64,000 nt of DNA from the human T2T-CHM13v2.0 reference genome, Homo sapiens. Below are positions 1 through 14,046 of this stretch, one piece after another. Location of the stretch: NCBI RefSeq assembly GCF_009914755.1, contig NC_060935.1. One strand, 5' to 3'. The translations under genes and the position numbers were made by a program. Positions within the stretch are counted from its first letter, which is position 1. Each line of letters starts with the position of its first letter. The notes beneath the pieces were generated by a model. It was not told the origin of the DNA and ran no database searches. It saw nothing but the letters and a program-made list of their open reading frames with translations.

Positions 1-1109
1 AGCAGAGACGTCTTGGTCAACACCTAATACCTTCATTAGCTCACTACTTTCTTCACTGCTGATAATAAGCCTTCCCTTCTACATCCAGAAAAGTGTTCTC
101 AAAAATAAAAATAAAAATTGGCTGTGACCTCTGCAAATCCTACAAGGGCATAAAAAAAAGAGATATTTTAGTGGTTATATAAAAGTTTAGATGCTTAAGT
201 GAAGGGAGGCTGCCCTCCACTAGTCATACATATAATGTGTTTTCACTGTGTGTCCAAAAACCTAAAAATTCTCCAAACTGAAATCTTAAGAGATTCTGTT
301 TTTCTTAAAACTCAGCTCTAGTTTTTAAGCTCTATATTAATATGCCTATTTTTAAAATGCAATATATATACCAAAATATATTTATTTACTTATTCCTCCT
401 TTGCCTGAGGAATATTTTTATTTCCAATATCCAATGTTTAAACAAAGATAGCTTTCTAAAGAGAGAGTTTCTATGATTGACTTAGATACGGGAAAATTAA
501 AAGTAGTCTACCTTTATTTTCTTCCTGCCCAATTCTTGGCTTAAGAAAAATCAGCTGCTGTATTGGCTTCCCAGTGGCTCTCTGCATGGCCTCACCTCCC
601 TATAGCTCTAAAATTAAATTCTCACCCTTGGAGTGGGATGATGCAGAAAGCCAGCTGAGGCTAGCCTTGGGTCCTAAGGAATAAGGTCATAGAACCTAAA
701 AAATCATGATGCAGATCCTGTTGAAAAACATAGTAGCTAACAACTACTGAAGAAACATGTAGAAATAGGAATAAGTTACTTCTATGCCCTTAGCAACACA
801 AAGTACAGAGTTTCAAGAGAGTGTTTTTTATGCACCACAGTCTTTTTACTTTCCTTCATGTCAATATTGACTTTTCTTAAGCTAAACTAAATTAGATTAA
901 CACCGAAGTTTCATTGTAATGTCAATTTATTCACTCAACAAATATTTACTGAGTGCCTACTACGTGCCAAGCACTGTTCAGGAACTTAAAAAGCATCAGT
1001 GAACTAAGATTCCTGCTCTCAATGTGTTTACCCTGTGCTGGACTAGAGGGAGGGGCCGACAATAAGCAATAAGCAGAACACAACAAATGAGTAAATCATA
1101 TAGCATATT

Positions 1110-2486
1110 CAGGGTACACCTGGATCTTGTGAGACCTGAAGTTTGTATAATTTAGTGGGTCTTCTTTAACAAAAACAATGCAAAACTACAATGCAAAACT
1201 AGTTATGAAATACTCAGAATAAGAAAACAACTTACACAGATTAAAAAAGCTGACACGTAGCAAAAACATTAAAAATTCAGGAAAAGTCACAAAATATTTT
1301 CATTAACTATCCAAAGCACATTTTTTACTGCATTGTGTTTGATCACCTCTTCATATAGTAATTCTGTAACATTTTCTTTTTTGTTTGTTTGTTTTTTTAT
1401 TTTAAGTTCTAGGGTACATGTGCACAACGTGCATGTTTGTTACATATGTATACATGTGCCATGTTGGTGTGCTGCACCCATTAACTAGTCATTTACATTA
1501 GGTATATCTCTTAATGCTATACCTCCCCCCTCCCCCCACCCAACGACAGGCCCCAGTGTGTGCTGTTCCCCTTCCTGTGTCCATGTGTTCTCCTTGTTCA
1601 ATTCCCACCTATGAGTGAGAACACGTGGTGTTTGGTTTTTTGTCCTTGCAAGAGTTTGCTCAGAATGATGGTTTCCAGCTTCATCCATGTCCCTACAAAG
1701 GCCATGAACTCATCCTTTTTTATGGCTGCATAGTATTCCATGGTGTATATGTACCACATTTTCTTAATCCAGTCTATCATTGATGGACATTTGGGCAGGG
1801 CATAACCCCATCGTCTGTAACATCTTCTATAGAGATAATCGAAAGATAATCTGGCCTTATCTCTAGCATGGTTAATAAAAAAAAATTATTCTTGATTAGA
1901 AGTTTCTTTTGGCAACACAATTTCATTGGTCATTTCATTAAAAGTTTTAGGATTGATGCCACATTTTGGAAAACCTCAATCAGATTTCTTTAAAATATGA
2001 GCTGTAAAATGTGGAAAAATATTCTACCAATTAATTGGCTCTGTTAATTTCACACCATGTTTCTCTTCCACCACCCACCCACATACTTTTGGTGCCAGGC
2101 ACTCTAGTGCACCAATCAGAAAACAGTACACGATAAGGTCAACAGGCAGTAGCTATCTTCCTGGAAGCTCTTTCCATACCAAAATGGCTAGTACTAACTG
2201 AGCTATATAGAGAAGTGACTGCAAAACACTAACTAGATTCCACTACACCCAACTCAATGTATCCCTAATTCAATTTCTCCTTAGCCATACCTCAAAAATG
2301 TGTGCAATCATTTCAAAATCACGTGGTATAAGAAAGGGTATGAAAGAGAAGAAATTGAAGTGGAAAGAGACAATAGGGTTAACCAATTATAGTTAAAATA
2401 CATTACATTTGCAAATTTTACAGGCATTATGCAGGGAAGGGGCCCTAAAGCTTAAGTTTCATTAGCGTCATGGTAAATGCACCCTG
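1110..2486 (-). mobile_element. hAT-Tip100 DNA transposon (Arthur1/MER69-like), interrupted by an L1PA
   Basis: Right end is the reverse complement of the Arthur1 start (...ggggccctaaagcttaagtttcattagcgtcatggtaaatgcaccctg). Left end cagggt...tgagacctgaagttt. Confidence 0.6.
1378..1813 (-). mobile_element. 5'-truncated L1PA (L1PA4/5-like) 3' end
   Basis: T-rich tail, L1 3'UTR and ORF2 C-terminus (ORF 1598..1780). TSD tctgtaacat(t/c)ttct at 1363-1377 and 1814-1828. Confidence 0.93.
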
Positions 2487-3248
2487 TGTAGGTTAGAAGG
2501 TGGTGCTATGTAAAGGAGAAAAAATACATCAGGGCAGGGGATACAGGCCTGGAATCAAGGAGTGTGATGGATGTGCTGGTCATCATATGAAATGGGTGAT
2601 CTGGATAAGCTTCAAAGAGGGAAAACAATTGAGCAAAGATTTAGAGGTAAAAGAGTTAGCCCAACAGACAACAGGGAGAAGAGTACTACACGCAGAGAGA
2701 GCTGCCAGAGCAATGAAGCAAGACAGGAATGTGTCCAGTATGTTCCAGGAACTGTAAGGAAGCTACTGTGACTGGAGCAGAGTGATGCAGAGAGAAAGTA
2801 AATAAGAAATCAGAGAGGTAAGGGGTAGAGAATGAAATGGGGAATCACTGCCGGGTTTGGAATACTGTGGTAAAAGGATCTGACTTATTAACACATTTTT
2901 TAAAAGGATCATTATGGCTGCTGCCTTGGAGTAGACTGTAGGAGGCAAAGGCAATCCGAAGCCAGGGTTAACAGTGGCTCAAACCAGAGTATTAACAATT
3001 GACATGCTGAGAAATGGGCAGTTTCTGTTGTTCTGTCAGAGTTATGCTATTTGCTTCTTTGTTTATTAGCAGGACTGGAAAATAAAATTTGTAGGTAGGT
3101 TAATATTTCAGAAACATTATGTTTGCATTTATGGATGTAAATAAATCAATGTAAATATAACTGTTCACAGAGAGTATTTGTGAAGGCATAAAAATGTCAA
3201 CGAAGTACTAAAAACATTTTATTGACTGTGAAGATTTTAGAGGCAGTG

Positions 3249-3287
3249 ACTTAAACTATATAGGGAAACTTAAACTATATAGGGAAA
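3249..3287. repeat. Perfect 19-bp tandem duplication (acttaaactatatagggaa x2)
   Basis: Read directly from the sequence. Confidence 0.9.
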
Positions 3288-3743
3288 GCTGCCCTGAATG
3301 GGCAGTTATGAGCCAATGTGGTTCTTTGATGAGCTTGCCTGTAATCACTTATGACATCTATTTAAGGACTTGTGCAAGGCCTAGTTCAGTACTATTATCT
3401 AGCCTTTAATGCTAGAGGTCTGGTTAAGAACTAGCTGTGGGGGAACAGCAGGTTCCCAAACTCTCCATAACCACTGGGCAGACCACCCAGGAAGCTCTTC
3501 TGTGCGTGAGCAGAAGGCCAAACACCTAAGCTTCAAAATGTCTCAGGATGCAATGCTGTCAAGAGGCAATAATAGAAAAATGACACCGCAGTGTGTTGCC
3601 AAAGTTGGTTGGGTGTACTGTAACAGGATTTATTACTAGAGGTCTGGTGAAGGAAAGGAATATAAAATAGCCACACAAAACTATCTGGCATATTTCAGGT
3701 GAACATAATTAAACACATAATGAACATACAAGGTTAACTTACA

Positions 3744-4145
3744 TGTTGTCTTGGATTGGGGACCACTGAAACTGACCCTGAGACCAAGATTTGCCTGCAG
3801 GAAGTTTACTGGGAACTCTCTGAGGACCAATGTTGGTGAGGGAATGAGCAAAACAATGGGCAGATGGGCAAAGCAAGTGCCTCTGGTGGGAGCTCTAGAA
3901 CTGGGAAGGTACTTAAGGTTGTTCAGAATTAAGAAAAGGGAGACATGCCTTTGCATCTGTGTACCAACCAAATGTTGGATGCAGGCTGCCCCGAGGGTGG
4001 GAGCCTAATCTTGGGAGAAGCAGCTCCTTTACACTGAGGGCAATTATCTAAGAAGGATATAGCTGTGGCAGTGGGGGGGGGGGGGGGATGGGTATCTCAG
4101 TCCTGAGAGGGAATCTGGGCAGTGTGGCACAGCATCCACTCCACA
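3744..4145 (-). mobile_element. Old ERVL/MaLR-class solo LTR (LTR33/MLT1-like), containing a G15 run at 4073-4087
   Basis: 'tgtcttggattgggga...gaccctgagaccaagatttg' start and 'atctgggcag...cagcatccact' end resemble ERVL LTR termini. Confidence 0.5.
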
Positions 4146-7100
4146 CACACATGATAGGTCAGAGTGCAGGACACACTGTCACCTACATGAACTCAATACT
4201 CAAAACAACTGGATTTTACAGGTGACTCTCAGAAAGACTGAGTGACTTCACCAAGGCACATCTACTCATAAGGGGCAGGGAAATCTTTAGAAATCAAGTC
4301 CAATGACATTTTTAACTATAGATATCAAAATTTACTCTTATATCTAATATTAGAAGCTCTAATATATGAAAATTGAAATGAAAAATTTTAAAGGCATAGA
4401 AAAATATTATATAGTTGAGTTTTTACCTAAATCAAATAACACAAAAATTAAAGTGAAATATTTTTCTTATGTAAGAAGCTAATTAGCCATGAAAAAAAAA
4501 ATTTATCCAACCAGAATTCAAAGTCACTTTCAAATACAGAAAATCACTTCTAACTCAATTAACATTATATGTACACTAAATAAAATACATGTACTACTTT
4601 TTCCTTTTTTATAGACTTGAAGGATGGTTTTTAGAATATCCATATTTTTGACATTTTCTCAAATATATGATATAGTATAAATCAAACAGTAAACTTGTCT
4701 AATTTTAATATTCAAAGTGATAATGACAAACCAAATATTAAAATTATGGGATTCTGGCAACAAAAATTTAATTAAAAATTCATATATTTATGCTATATAC
4801 TATATAAGAAAAAGTGTTTTAATGCCTAATACATATGTCTTTAAATATTATTTAACAAGTAAGGAGCCACTAAATTTTGTCCCAGGAAATGAAAATGCAC
4901 TTAAGTGAAAACAAATTACATAATTCTTAAACTTCATCAATCTAAATGGTAACTGGACCAACAATCAATTTTTTTTTAAGCCCAGAAAAGGCATACCAAA
5001 GAAGATAACTTTTTGGAAGGAGATACTTTAAAATTCCATTGTAAGGTATAGCAGAGCTCACCATTTCGAAGTATGTAAAGTAGGTGGCTGCCTATAGGGT
5101 AGGATTTTAGAAGGGAGCCCAAAGACTCTAACCTCAAAATATCTCTCCCACCAACTTGCCAATACTTGAAATTTCAGTTAGAGATTCACTCCTTTGTCAC
5201 AATTAAAATGCCACAGCTGCATGAGGGGAAATTATATTCAGCCTCATTGGTTATTGATCCTCTAAGGCTGTGATTTTCAATCGCAGCTTTCTGGTACCCC
5301 TCAGAGGCCTAGGGTAGGCTGGGATTAGGGGGTTGGGCAACAGTGGTTTCACACGGGGAATCAGATCTGATGAGTGACTATGTGGAAGCAGCCACTATCC
5401 TGGCTTCAAACAGGGTAGATCCTACTTTTATCTATTTTACATAGTAGATTCCAAGAAAGAATTTTGATTTCAGGAAAAAAAAAAAAATTCTAAACTACTA
5501 TCTTAGCTCAAAACAAAGAATGGCATGTCTCTTTCCTAAGAGCAAGTTTTGAGCAAAGGGTGGTAATAAGAGCCTGGGTTATCTGCCAGCCCTAATGGAG
5601 GGCTGGAGCAGAGGAAGGGCCAAAGGAGACTCCTGTAAAATGGCCCTCATCAGCTTCTCAGTGATCTTGGGAGTGGGCCCACATTCCTTCCTTGTAAGTA
5701 TCTAAACTCACTTTCCATTGTTTTCTTATAGTATTTTTTTAAATAGTCTTACCCCATTTTTCTGTGACTATTGACAAAAAATAAGGCATATGTTTCTGCA
5801 AAAAAAAAAACAAAAAATCAATTTGTATCCAATTGCAAATCTAAGTTCAATATATGAAAATGTTTAAAACTTTCCAGAAGACAGTGGCAAAGGAAATTTG
5901 CTTGCGTGTCATGTCCTAAGCCAAGTAATTTCAAAAAGCCCTTTATAAATGGAATATCTCAAGAAGAATTGCAACAAGGATTTCACTTTGTCTAAATTAA
6001 CTTAATCCCTAAAATTATATTTAATCGGGATTAAAATATCAGGCATGTGGGTCCTGTCAGTAGCTGAGTATGATGTATTTTGTAAAAAGAGCTTGGTAAA
6101 TAAAGGTTTTTGGAGTTTCCTGGCACCAATATATTTATTTTTATAGAAAGTCAGTGTTTTTTTGATGAGAAAAACATAGTCATGTGCCCCTCAAATTTTA
6201 TTTTACTAGGAGAAATGAACATTGTAGGATTAAATATAAACTAAATCATCAAACTTTCCCCAAATTATCAGCCTTATAGATCATATTCTTACCCTTGGAA
6301 AGAGTGTATGCTTTTACTGCCATTCAGTTTCATTTCTTTATATCAAATATGCCTGTAAACATAATTTTCCCCTAAAGTGAATGAGTATCCTGAGAAACTA
6401 AAAGCTGTACAAAAGCTTACTATCTATAATAAAACATTTATATTTTAAGAAGTAATCCATTTTTTTCATCATAAAACACAATCAAAACTAGGTAGAATCT
6501 TAAGTAGGTGTAAATTCATCACCCCATTTTCACTTACGAGAAAATCTGCATTCATTTATGTTCAAATGAAGAATTTATGCTCGATAACGTTCATGGTGAG
6601 TCAGACTAACATAGATGTCAGTGGGTAATCCAGGGGACGGGAACATATGTAGGAAAGGAATCTCAGCAACTTGAACATATCAAACACTCCGTGAAAAAGC
6701 TAATTGAGAGGTAAAAACAAATTAACTGTTATGGAGAAGGACAATCTCACTGAGAGAGAGTGTGTGCCTGCAACAGTAAGGTTCAGTGGTTGCATTTAGT
6801 CCGAATAACTGCTGGGACAGTAATACAGCTCTGGCCTGTGGACTTTCCCCGCTGACTGCCCACCTGGCAATTCTCCGGGCACCTTCTAGGATGTCAGGCC
6901 TGCACAGGGAAAGCCTGTCTCATTATAACAGGCACTGCATGGGAGCTAATGCCCAGACCAATTGCTCTTCCCTGATTTTGATACAGACGCAGTTTTTCTC
7001 TTCAGCACATCTTGAAAAGGAAGATTGTATCTTCCTACGGAGATTTACACCTGACTGCAGATGCCTGTCAGAAAATAAGGTAGTATGAATATACTGGCAT

Positions 7101-10100
7101 TTTCCCCCCAAAATCCACAAAGAGGAGGAGGAGTGGGGCAATGAGGACAGGAGGAAGAAAAGGTGGTGGCAAGATGGAAAACAGCGCTGCAAAGAAGAGT
7201 CAAGAGATTTCAGCACCTGCCGCTAATTAGCTATCACATGAGATGTGTAAAGGCTTCGTAGGATCTGTTTCTTTACCTTTAAAATGGGCAGTCCAATATT
7301 TGCCTACTATCGTAAAACCTACATATGAAAATTGATCATCTTCATTACATTTTGCCCAACCTTTAGTGAATGTTCTCAAAATCACAATAACCTTGAATAT
7401 TCCAATTTTGCTACTCTCACCACAATTCCTTTTCAAATGAACGCAAAGTTGGCATGTTTTACTAACTGTACCTAAGCCATATCCTAAATTTGTTTCCCAT
7501 TGTTTACTCAAATAATTTAGGTGACATAACAGAGCATCCTAGGGGTTATAAATACATGTTTAGGAAAAGTGGTTAAATAAGAACGACACGGATCAAGGAA
7601 TGTACAATGGAAATAACGTAATATGCACATAGAACAGTGAAAACACCAACCAAAAAAAATCTTGTCACACTTTCATGTGCAACTGACCTTAGTTATCATT
7701 TAATTGTTCCATAGATTCCTAAATATTAAAATAAGCTTTCTATTAATACAAATGAATGATTGGAAACTTTAAACTTTTTTAAAAATGACCACAAAATAGA
7801 AGGCAAATCTCAACTTCTTTCATGGTGCTTTTGTGCCATTCAAAGAATAAATTTAAGTATTCAATGCACAGGAAAGTCACATGTTTTCTGTTACCAACCA
7901 AATTAGCCCATTTTCAAAATGTAAAGAGGCCTGGGAACTTAAAATAATGGAATTGTAGTAAAAAGGTAAGAAGATGAACAGATTGGTTTTGCTAATCTGT
8001 TCATAGTGTTGTCATATTGTTTCTAATTGTATGAAAATAATCGTGGCCTTGGGTCAAAAAGGTGTTCTATGCTTCTCTGCATCTTCCCACAGTTCCTAGC
8101 ACAATGTCTTCTGGACAAGGCTATTTGATAATATGTGGATTTACTGGACTATTCATTTAAAATCTTCTTCCTTTCTGTCATTGGCAGAATAAAAATTGTT
8201 AGATGCATACAACCTGGATGATGAACTAGATGCTGGATGAAGACATCCTTTAAAAAAGAAATCTCTGAATTATCCCTTTAACAAAGCTTAAATTTACTTA
8301 CAATAGAAGAGAACACTATAACTAAACAATATAAAAATAGAAAGCCTAAAAATGTCTCCAAATCAGAGTGCTATGAATCTTGTTATTATCCAGGTTACTA
8401 AATTCCACCATATTTCTCTTGCTCATGGTCAGAGTGGATTTAAGTGAAGTTAATGAAGATTAGAGTCATTCTAGGTCCTAAGAGTTCTGGAAGTTGTCAT
8501 AAAATACTTCTGTGTAAGTATTTCTGATGAGCTGCCTAAAAAAGACCCAGAAGAAAGAGCCTGAATTGCCAACACTCCATTGATTTGTTGCGATTTACTT
8601 TCTCATTCTAAATAAATATTCACTTTCAGACCTAATTTCAAAGAGAGCTCCCCACCCCAAGCTGGCTCCCAAATTTGACAAGCTCTAGGTCCCACAGAAA
8701 CTGGATCTGCCTCTACTGGCAGCAAATAGAAAACAACTCTCAGAGCATCACTGACCAATTGTGTGTGAAATTCACTAATTCCAGTGAAAGGATATGCCTG
8801 TACTCATCTTCCTCTCATTCCCTCATGCTTTCTCCCACCTACTCAGACATCACACATTCTCCTTGCTCATCAATTCTCTGTCACAATCACCCACCTTCCT
8901 ACTAGCTTTTCCACTCACCATCCCCCTACAGATTTGCTAATACCCTTTCCCAGCAATCCTTTCTTTCCTGCCCTCCCAGGGAAATGCTAACATTGCTGAC
9001 ATTTCCATGGGGATGAAGAGGAGGAGGAGTTGCATGGAAAGAACAGGACTAGGAAGGCAGAAGTCACTGAGCCATGGCTCTAGCAGATGTTCTCAAAGAG
9101 ACTGGGGGTAGTGGCAGTGACAGGGAATAAGGGGTAAGAGAAAGTTTAGAATAGTAAGAAATTGCTCCAAAACACTTGTTGCCTGAAGGGCTTTGTAGAT
9201 GATGGTGCACATTGAGTGTAACCACTGATGGTAAAAACAGTAAGAAATTTTCAACTTACAAGGTGCTATGACTTGATGGCAGGAGAATGTACTGGAGTAC
9301 AAATACAAATAAATTGTGGTTGTGACTATATAGAATATACGAGTGCACATGAAAATGACGTGAAAGGTGACAATGATCATTAGGAACAATGCAATTACAG
9401 GTGATACAACTCTTTCCTAAAATTCCTCAAATGGTGTTATGTTTCCATTTTTTTTTAAACAAGGAACTTTCCTATGGCAGAAATGAGCAACCACACAGAG
9501 GCTGCTCCCGGTTTTTTATCTTGTATGCCCATTTAAACTTGTCACTGTATTATGTCACATGATTGCAAAAATGGGAGTGAGGCAATATGGAACACAGAAA
9601 TAGTGTCCTTTTAAGAGGTGATTTTCTAACGTTAAGACCAAACCAAAAGCTGCTGTTGTTCACTGATCAATGCAAGACGTGATAAGGATGAAAAGCTCAG
9701 TGAAGAGGTTAAGAACACCATATACAATATGAAAAAGCAGCTCAGAGGATTTTGAATTGCACCCTGCCTCCAGCCCCTGGTTGAGACCACTGCTCTACAA
9801 GATGATGTTGGCTACAATACATTATTTTGATTCTTGAAGTTGAGCTGTGAGCTTACATATATATGTAACAGAGTGATGAAAATCATGAAATGAAGTTTAG
9901 AAAGATAATCATCCCCATTTATTTTTTGTCAAATACTTTCTAAGATTAAAATGAACAGAAAACAGGAAAAATGCTTTACTAGGGCTATGTAAGCTATAGT
10001 AAGTTCAGTTATAAATGGAAAATATATTTGTTTATTGATAAGTCATTTAACACTCTATGATAGTACGTGCCACAAGGTGGGATAAAGTTGTTCATAATCA

Positions 10101-10539
10101 GAAAAGATGTGGCCCTTGCCCACAGTGAGTCAGAGGTAACTGAGTTAGAGATGGTGTCCAAAGGAAGGTAGGCCATTCCATATACACCCATGGGAATTTA
10201 GAGGGTTAGCTAGGTAACTGATATGAGTTGATTCTGGAATTAATGCAAGATGGTACACTGCGGCCTTTGCTCCATGTGTCTTCAGTTGGAATTAGCAAGT
10301 TCTCCCCACCTGACAGGATATACAGAATTCCCACCACCACCATCACGAATTCTAAGATATAAGTATAGAGAAAAGTTTTAGCTACTTAGCAATTGGAATG
10401 AGAATTTCTTTGTGGGGTGCTATTGGTTATGCTTAAAAAGCTGCTTTGGTAATCTTGCTATGATTGTCAGTCCTGCCTATACAATAAAATCATTTGGGAG
10501 CTTTTGAAAAAATGCTGATGCTTGCACCACACCTGAAGA

Positions 10540-11594
10540 TGTGCTGGTAAATGTTTAGCAACCTGCTTAAGGAAGGGGGTGATTATTATAAATTCTGCTG
10601 ATACAAGGATCACATAACATATAATTTGCAAATAATAATAAAATATCTAATACTTTTTATTGTAAATTCTACATAGCCAACTCACTCTCAAGAGTGGTTT
10701 CACTGATTTTTGCCAAGTCTTGTATCCACATCCATCCTATGGTTGCAACTGAGAAATGAGTGTGGTTCTGACCCGAATGTTGATTAATATTTTCATCCAT
10801 GTTGATAAGACAAAAATGAAAGAAAGAAGACATATGTAGGACCGCTCTTGTTAATCAATGACATGGGCAAGTTCTTTGCTGAATCAGATAATGATTTCCA
10901 TATACTGAAAGAATATTTCAATTTTTGTGCTATTCACAATGCAACACACAGAAATTTTGCACTTTTGAATTTAATCTGCATTGTGAATATTTTCTGTCAC
11001 ATACTTAAATCTAGACCACAGATCAACAAACTTTTCTTTAAAAGGCCCAATAGTAAATACTTTAGGCTTTTCAAGTCATATGGTCTCCACTCTGCCTGGT
11101 AATATAAAAGCAGCCATAGACAATACACAAACATAAAGGTGTCACTATATTCCAGTAAAACTGTATTTACAAAAAAAAACAGGCAGATTTGGCCCACAGT
11201 GTGTGGTATTTCAACTCCCTAGTCTAGACAATCAATAAAACATGAAATCAAGCCCTCATTTATAGTATTTGCCAATTTCTATTTTATAAATACTCTGACC
11301 ACAACCAATTTTCAGATACAACAAGCCATCCCTGAAAATAAACTTAGGAAGAAATGCACGGTAGCACACACTATTATATAGTGTTTACACTAAACAAACA
11401 CAATAGGTCTAAATAACTTCAAGAGAATAGGTAATAGTAAAATGTAATTTAAAAATTAGGAAGTGAAGTGTATGACCTATTTCATTGTAAATTCATATGA
11501 TTTTTAAATAATGGCTATATAAAACAACTGGCTTACAAAATTCCTGAAAACTTAATCAGTGCCTCCAAGCTGGTAGAAGTTAGTCTTAGCACAG
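10540..11594. mobile_element. hAT-Blackjack MER63-like transposon inserted into a MER5 (MER5 halves ~10480-10539 and ~11595-11680)
   Basis: Termini tgtgctggtaaatgtttagcaac ... tagcaca. The flanks join into MER5-like sequence. Confidence 0.55.
11017..11221 (+). mobile_element. MER58A (hAT-Charlie) nested in MER63
   Basis: MER58 body (aaaggcccaatagtaaatactttaggc...gcagccatagac...gatttggccc). 8-bp TSD (a/g)tctagac. Confidence 0.8.
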
Positions 11595-11891
11595 GAAACC
11601 AATTAAGTCAAAATATCTGTGGATGGAAACATTGGTATCTTAAAAAAAAAAAACCTCCAGAATATTCTAACATGCAGCCATGTCATTTTTCTAAGCCTGA
11701 GAATGGGGCTGATATCCAGGTTTCTTGAGATGTGGAAGAGGAACTTATTTTCTGAGAGAAGCTAGATGTTGCAAAGGAGAAACCTGAGAAGAGAGGAAGC
11801 AGAAGCAAATGGAGCTGAGTACTTTATAGGGGAAAAAAATCATAAAAAGAGAATGCCTGGGATGTGGGAGAAAGAATTCTGGAGAAAAGAC

Positions 11892-11968
11892 CAGGGTGAC
11901 CAACCATCTTGGTTTGCTGGATGCAGGCTTTTTAGTGCTAAAATAAGGAAAGTCCTGGGAAACCACTA
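11892..11968. mobile_element. MER94-like fragment
   Basis: cagggtgaccaaccatcttggtttgc...aaagtcctgggaaacc. Confidence 0.5.
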
Positions 11969-12152
11969 GAAAAATATTCTTTTATTTTAATTAATTAAAA
12001 TTAAAATTTAAGTAGCCATATGTGACTAGTGGCTACTTTACTAGACAGCATAGTGAATCTAAACAAATACAACAACATGGCTTCTTTGCATATGTAAATT
12101 TCCTCTTTTGTTTGCTGGTATGGAAAGTATTTTAAAGCACATTAAAAGGGAG

Positions 12153-14046
12153 TGAATAAGAGTGGTGAGAGAAGGCATCCTTGTCTTGTACCAGTTTTCA
12201 AGGCGAATGCTTCCAGCTTTTGCCCATTGAGTATGATACTGGCTGTGGGTTTGTCATAAATAGGTCTTATTATTTTGAGGTACATTCCTTCAATAGCCAG
12301 TTTATTGAGAGTTTTTAACATAAAGGGATGTTGAATTTTATCGAAGGGATTTTCTGCATCTCTTGAGATAATCATGTGGTTTTTGTCTTTAGTTCTGTTT
12401 ATATGGTGAATTATGTTTATTGATTTGCGTATGTTGAACCAGCCATACTCCCCAAAGCAATTTATAGATTCAATTCTATTCCCATTAAATTACCATTGAC
12501 ATTCTTCAAAGAATTAGAAAACACTATTTTAAAGTTCATATGGAACCAAAAAAGAGCTTGTACACTCAGGACAATCCTAATCAAAAAAGAAGAAAGCTGG
12601 AGGCATCATGCTACCTGACTTCAAACTATACTACAAGGCTACAGTAAACAAAACAGCATGGTACTGGTACAAGAACAGACATGTAGACCAATGGAACAGA
12701 ATACAGAACCCAGAAATAAGGCCACACACCTACAACTATCTGATCTTTGACAAACTTGACAAAAACAAGCAATGGGGAAAAGATTCCCTATTCAATAAAT
12801 GGTGCTGCAACAACTGGCTAACCATAGGAGGAAATTGAAACTGGATCCCTTCCTTACACCTTATACAAAAAACTCAGATGGATTAAATACTTAACTATAA
12901 AACCCCAAACTATAAAAACCTTAGAAGAAAATCTAGGCAATAAAGAGCAGGATACAGGCATGGGCAAAGATTTTATGATGAAATCACCAAAAGCAATCAC
13001 AACAAAAGCAAAAATTGACAAATGGGATCTAATTAAACTAAAGAGCTTCTGCACAGCAAAAGAAACTATCATCAGCACAAACAGACAACCTACAGAATAG
13101 GAGAGAATTTTTGCAATCTATCCATCTGACAAAGGTCTAATATCCACAATTTACATGGAACTTAAGCAAATTTGCAAGAAAAAACAACCCCATTAAAAAG
13201 TGGGCAAAGGATATGAATAGACACTTCTTTAAAAAAAGACGTACATGTGGCCAATAAACATATGAAAAAAAGCTTAACATCACTGATCGTTAGAGAAATG
13301 CAAATCAAAACCACAATGAGATGCCATCTCATGCCCGTCAGAATGGTGATTATTACAAAGTCAAGAAAAAACAGAAGCTGGCAAGGTTGCAAAGAAATAG
13401 GAATACTTTTACACTGTTAGTGGGAATGTAAATTAGTTCAACTATTGTGGAAGACAGTGTGGTGATTCCTCAAAGATTTAGAACTGGAAGTACCATTTGA
13501 TCCAGCATCTCATTACTGGGTATATACCTAAAGGAATATAAATCATTCTCTTATAAAGATACATGCATGTGTATGTTCATTGCAACACCATTTACAATAG
13601 CGAAGACATGGAATCAACCCAAATGTGCACCAATGATAGACTGGATAAGGAAAATGTGGTACTTACACATCATGGAATACTATGCAGCCATGAAAAGGAA
13701 TGAGATCATGTCCTTTGCAGGCATATGGATGAAGCTGGAAGCCATTATCCTCAGCAAACTAACTGAGGAACAGAAAACCAAACACTGTATATTCTCACTT
13801 ATAAGTCAGAGATGAATAATGAGAACACGTGGACATAGGGAGGGGATCAACACACACTGGGGCCCATCAGGGGCGGTTGGGTGGGGGGTAGAGCATTAGG
13901 GAAAAGAGCTAATGCATGCTGGACTTAATACCTAAGTGATGGGTTGATAAGTGCAGGAAATCACTATGGCACACGTTTACAAACCTGCACATCCTTCACA
14001 TGTGCCCTAGAACTTAAAAAAAAATTAAAATTAAAATAAAATGCAA
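12153..14046 (+). mobile_element. 5'-inverted (twin-primed) truncated L1PA, older subfamily (~L1PA10-13). Antisense ORF2 RT piece 12153-12444, sense ORF2 3' part, 3'UTR and polyA 12442-14046
   Basis: ORF 12142..12375 (-) is L1 RT-like; ORFs 12608..12838 and 13567..13815 (+) are ORF2-like. TSD aaaagggagt at 12144-12153 and 14047-14056. Confidence 0.92.

Larger units (their letters stand above)
926..3030 (-). mobile_element. L2 fragment (3' end at ~926, resumes ~2487-3030), split by the Arthur1 insertion
   Basis: Typical L2 3' end 'attcactcaacaaatatttactgagtgcctactacgtgccaagcactg'; L2-like sequence continues after 2487. Confidence 0.65.
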
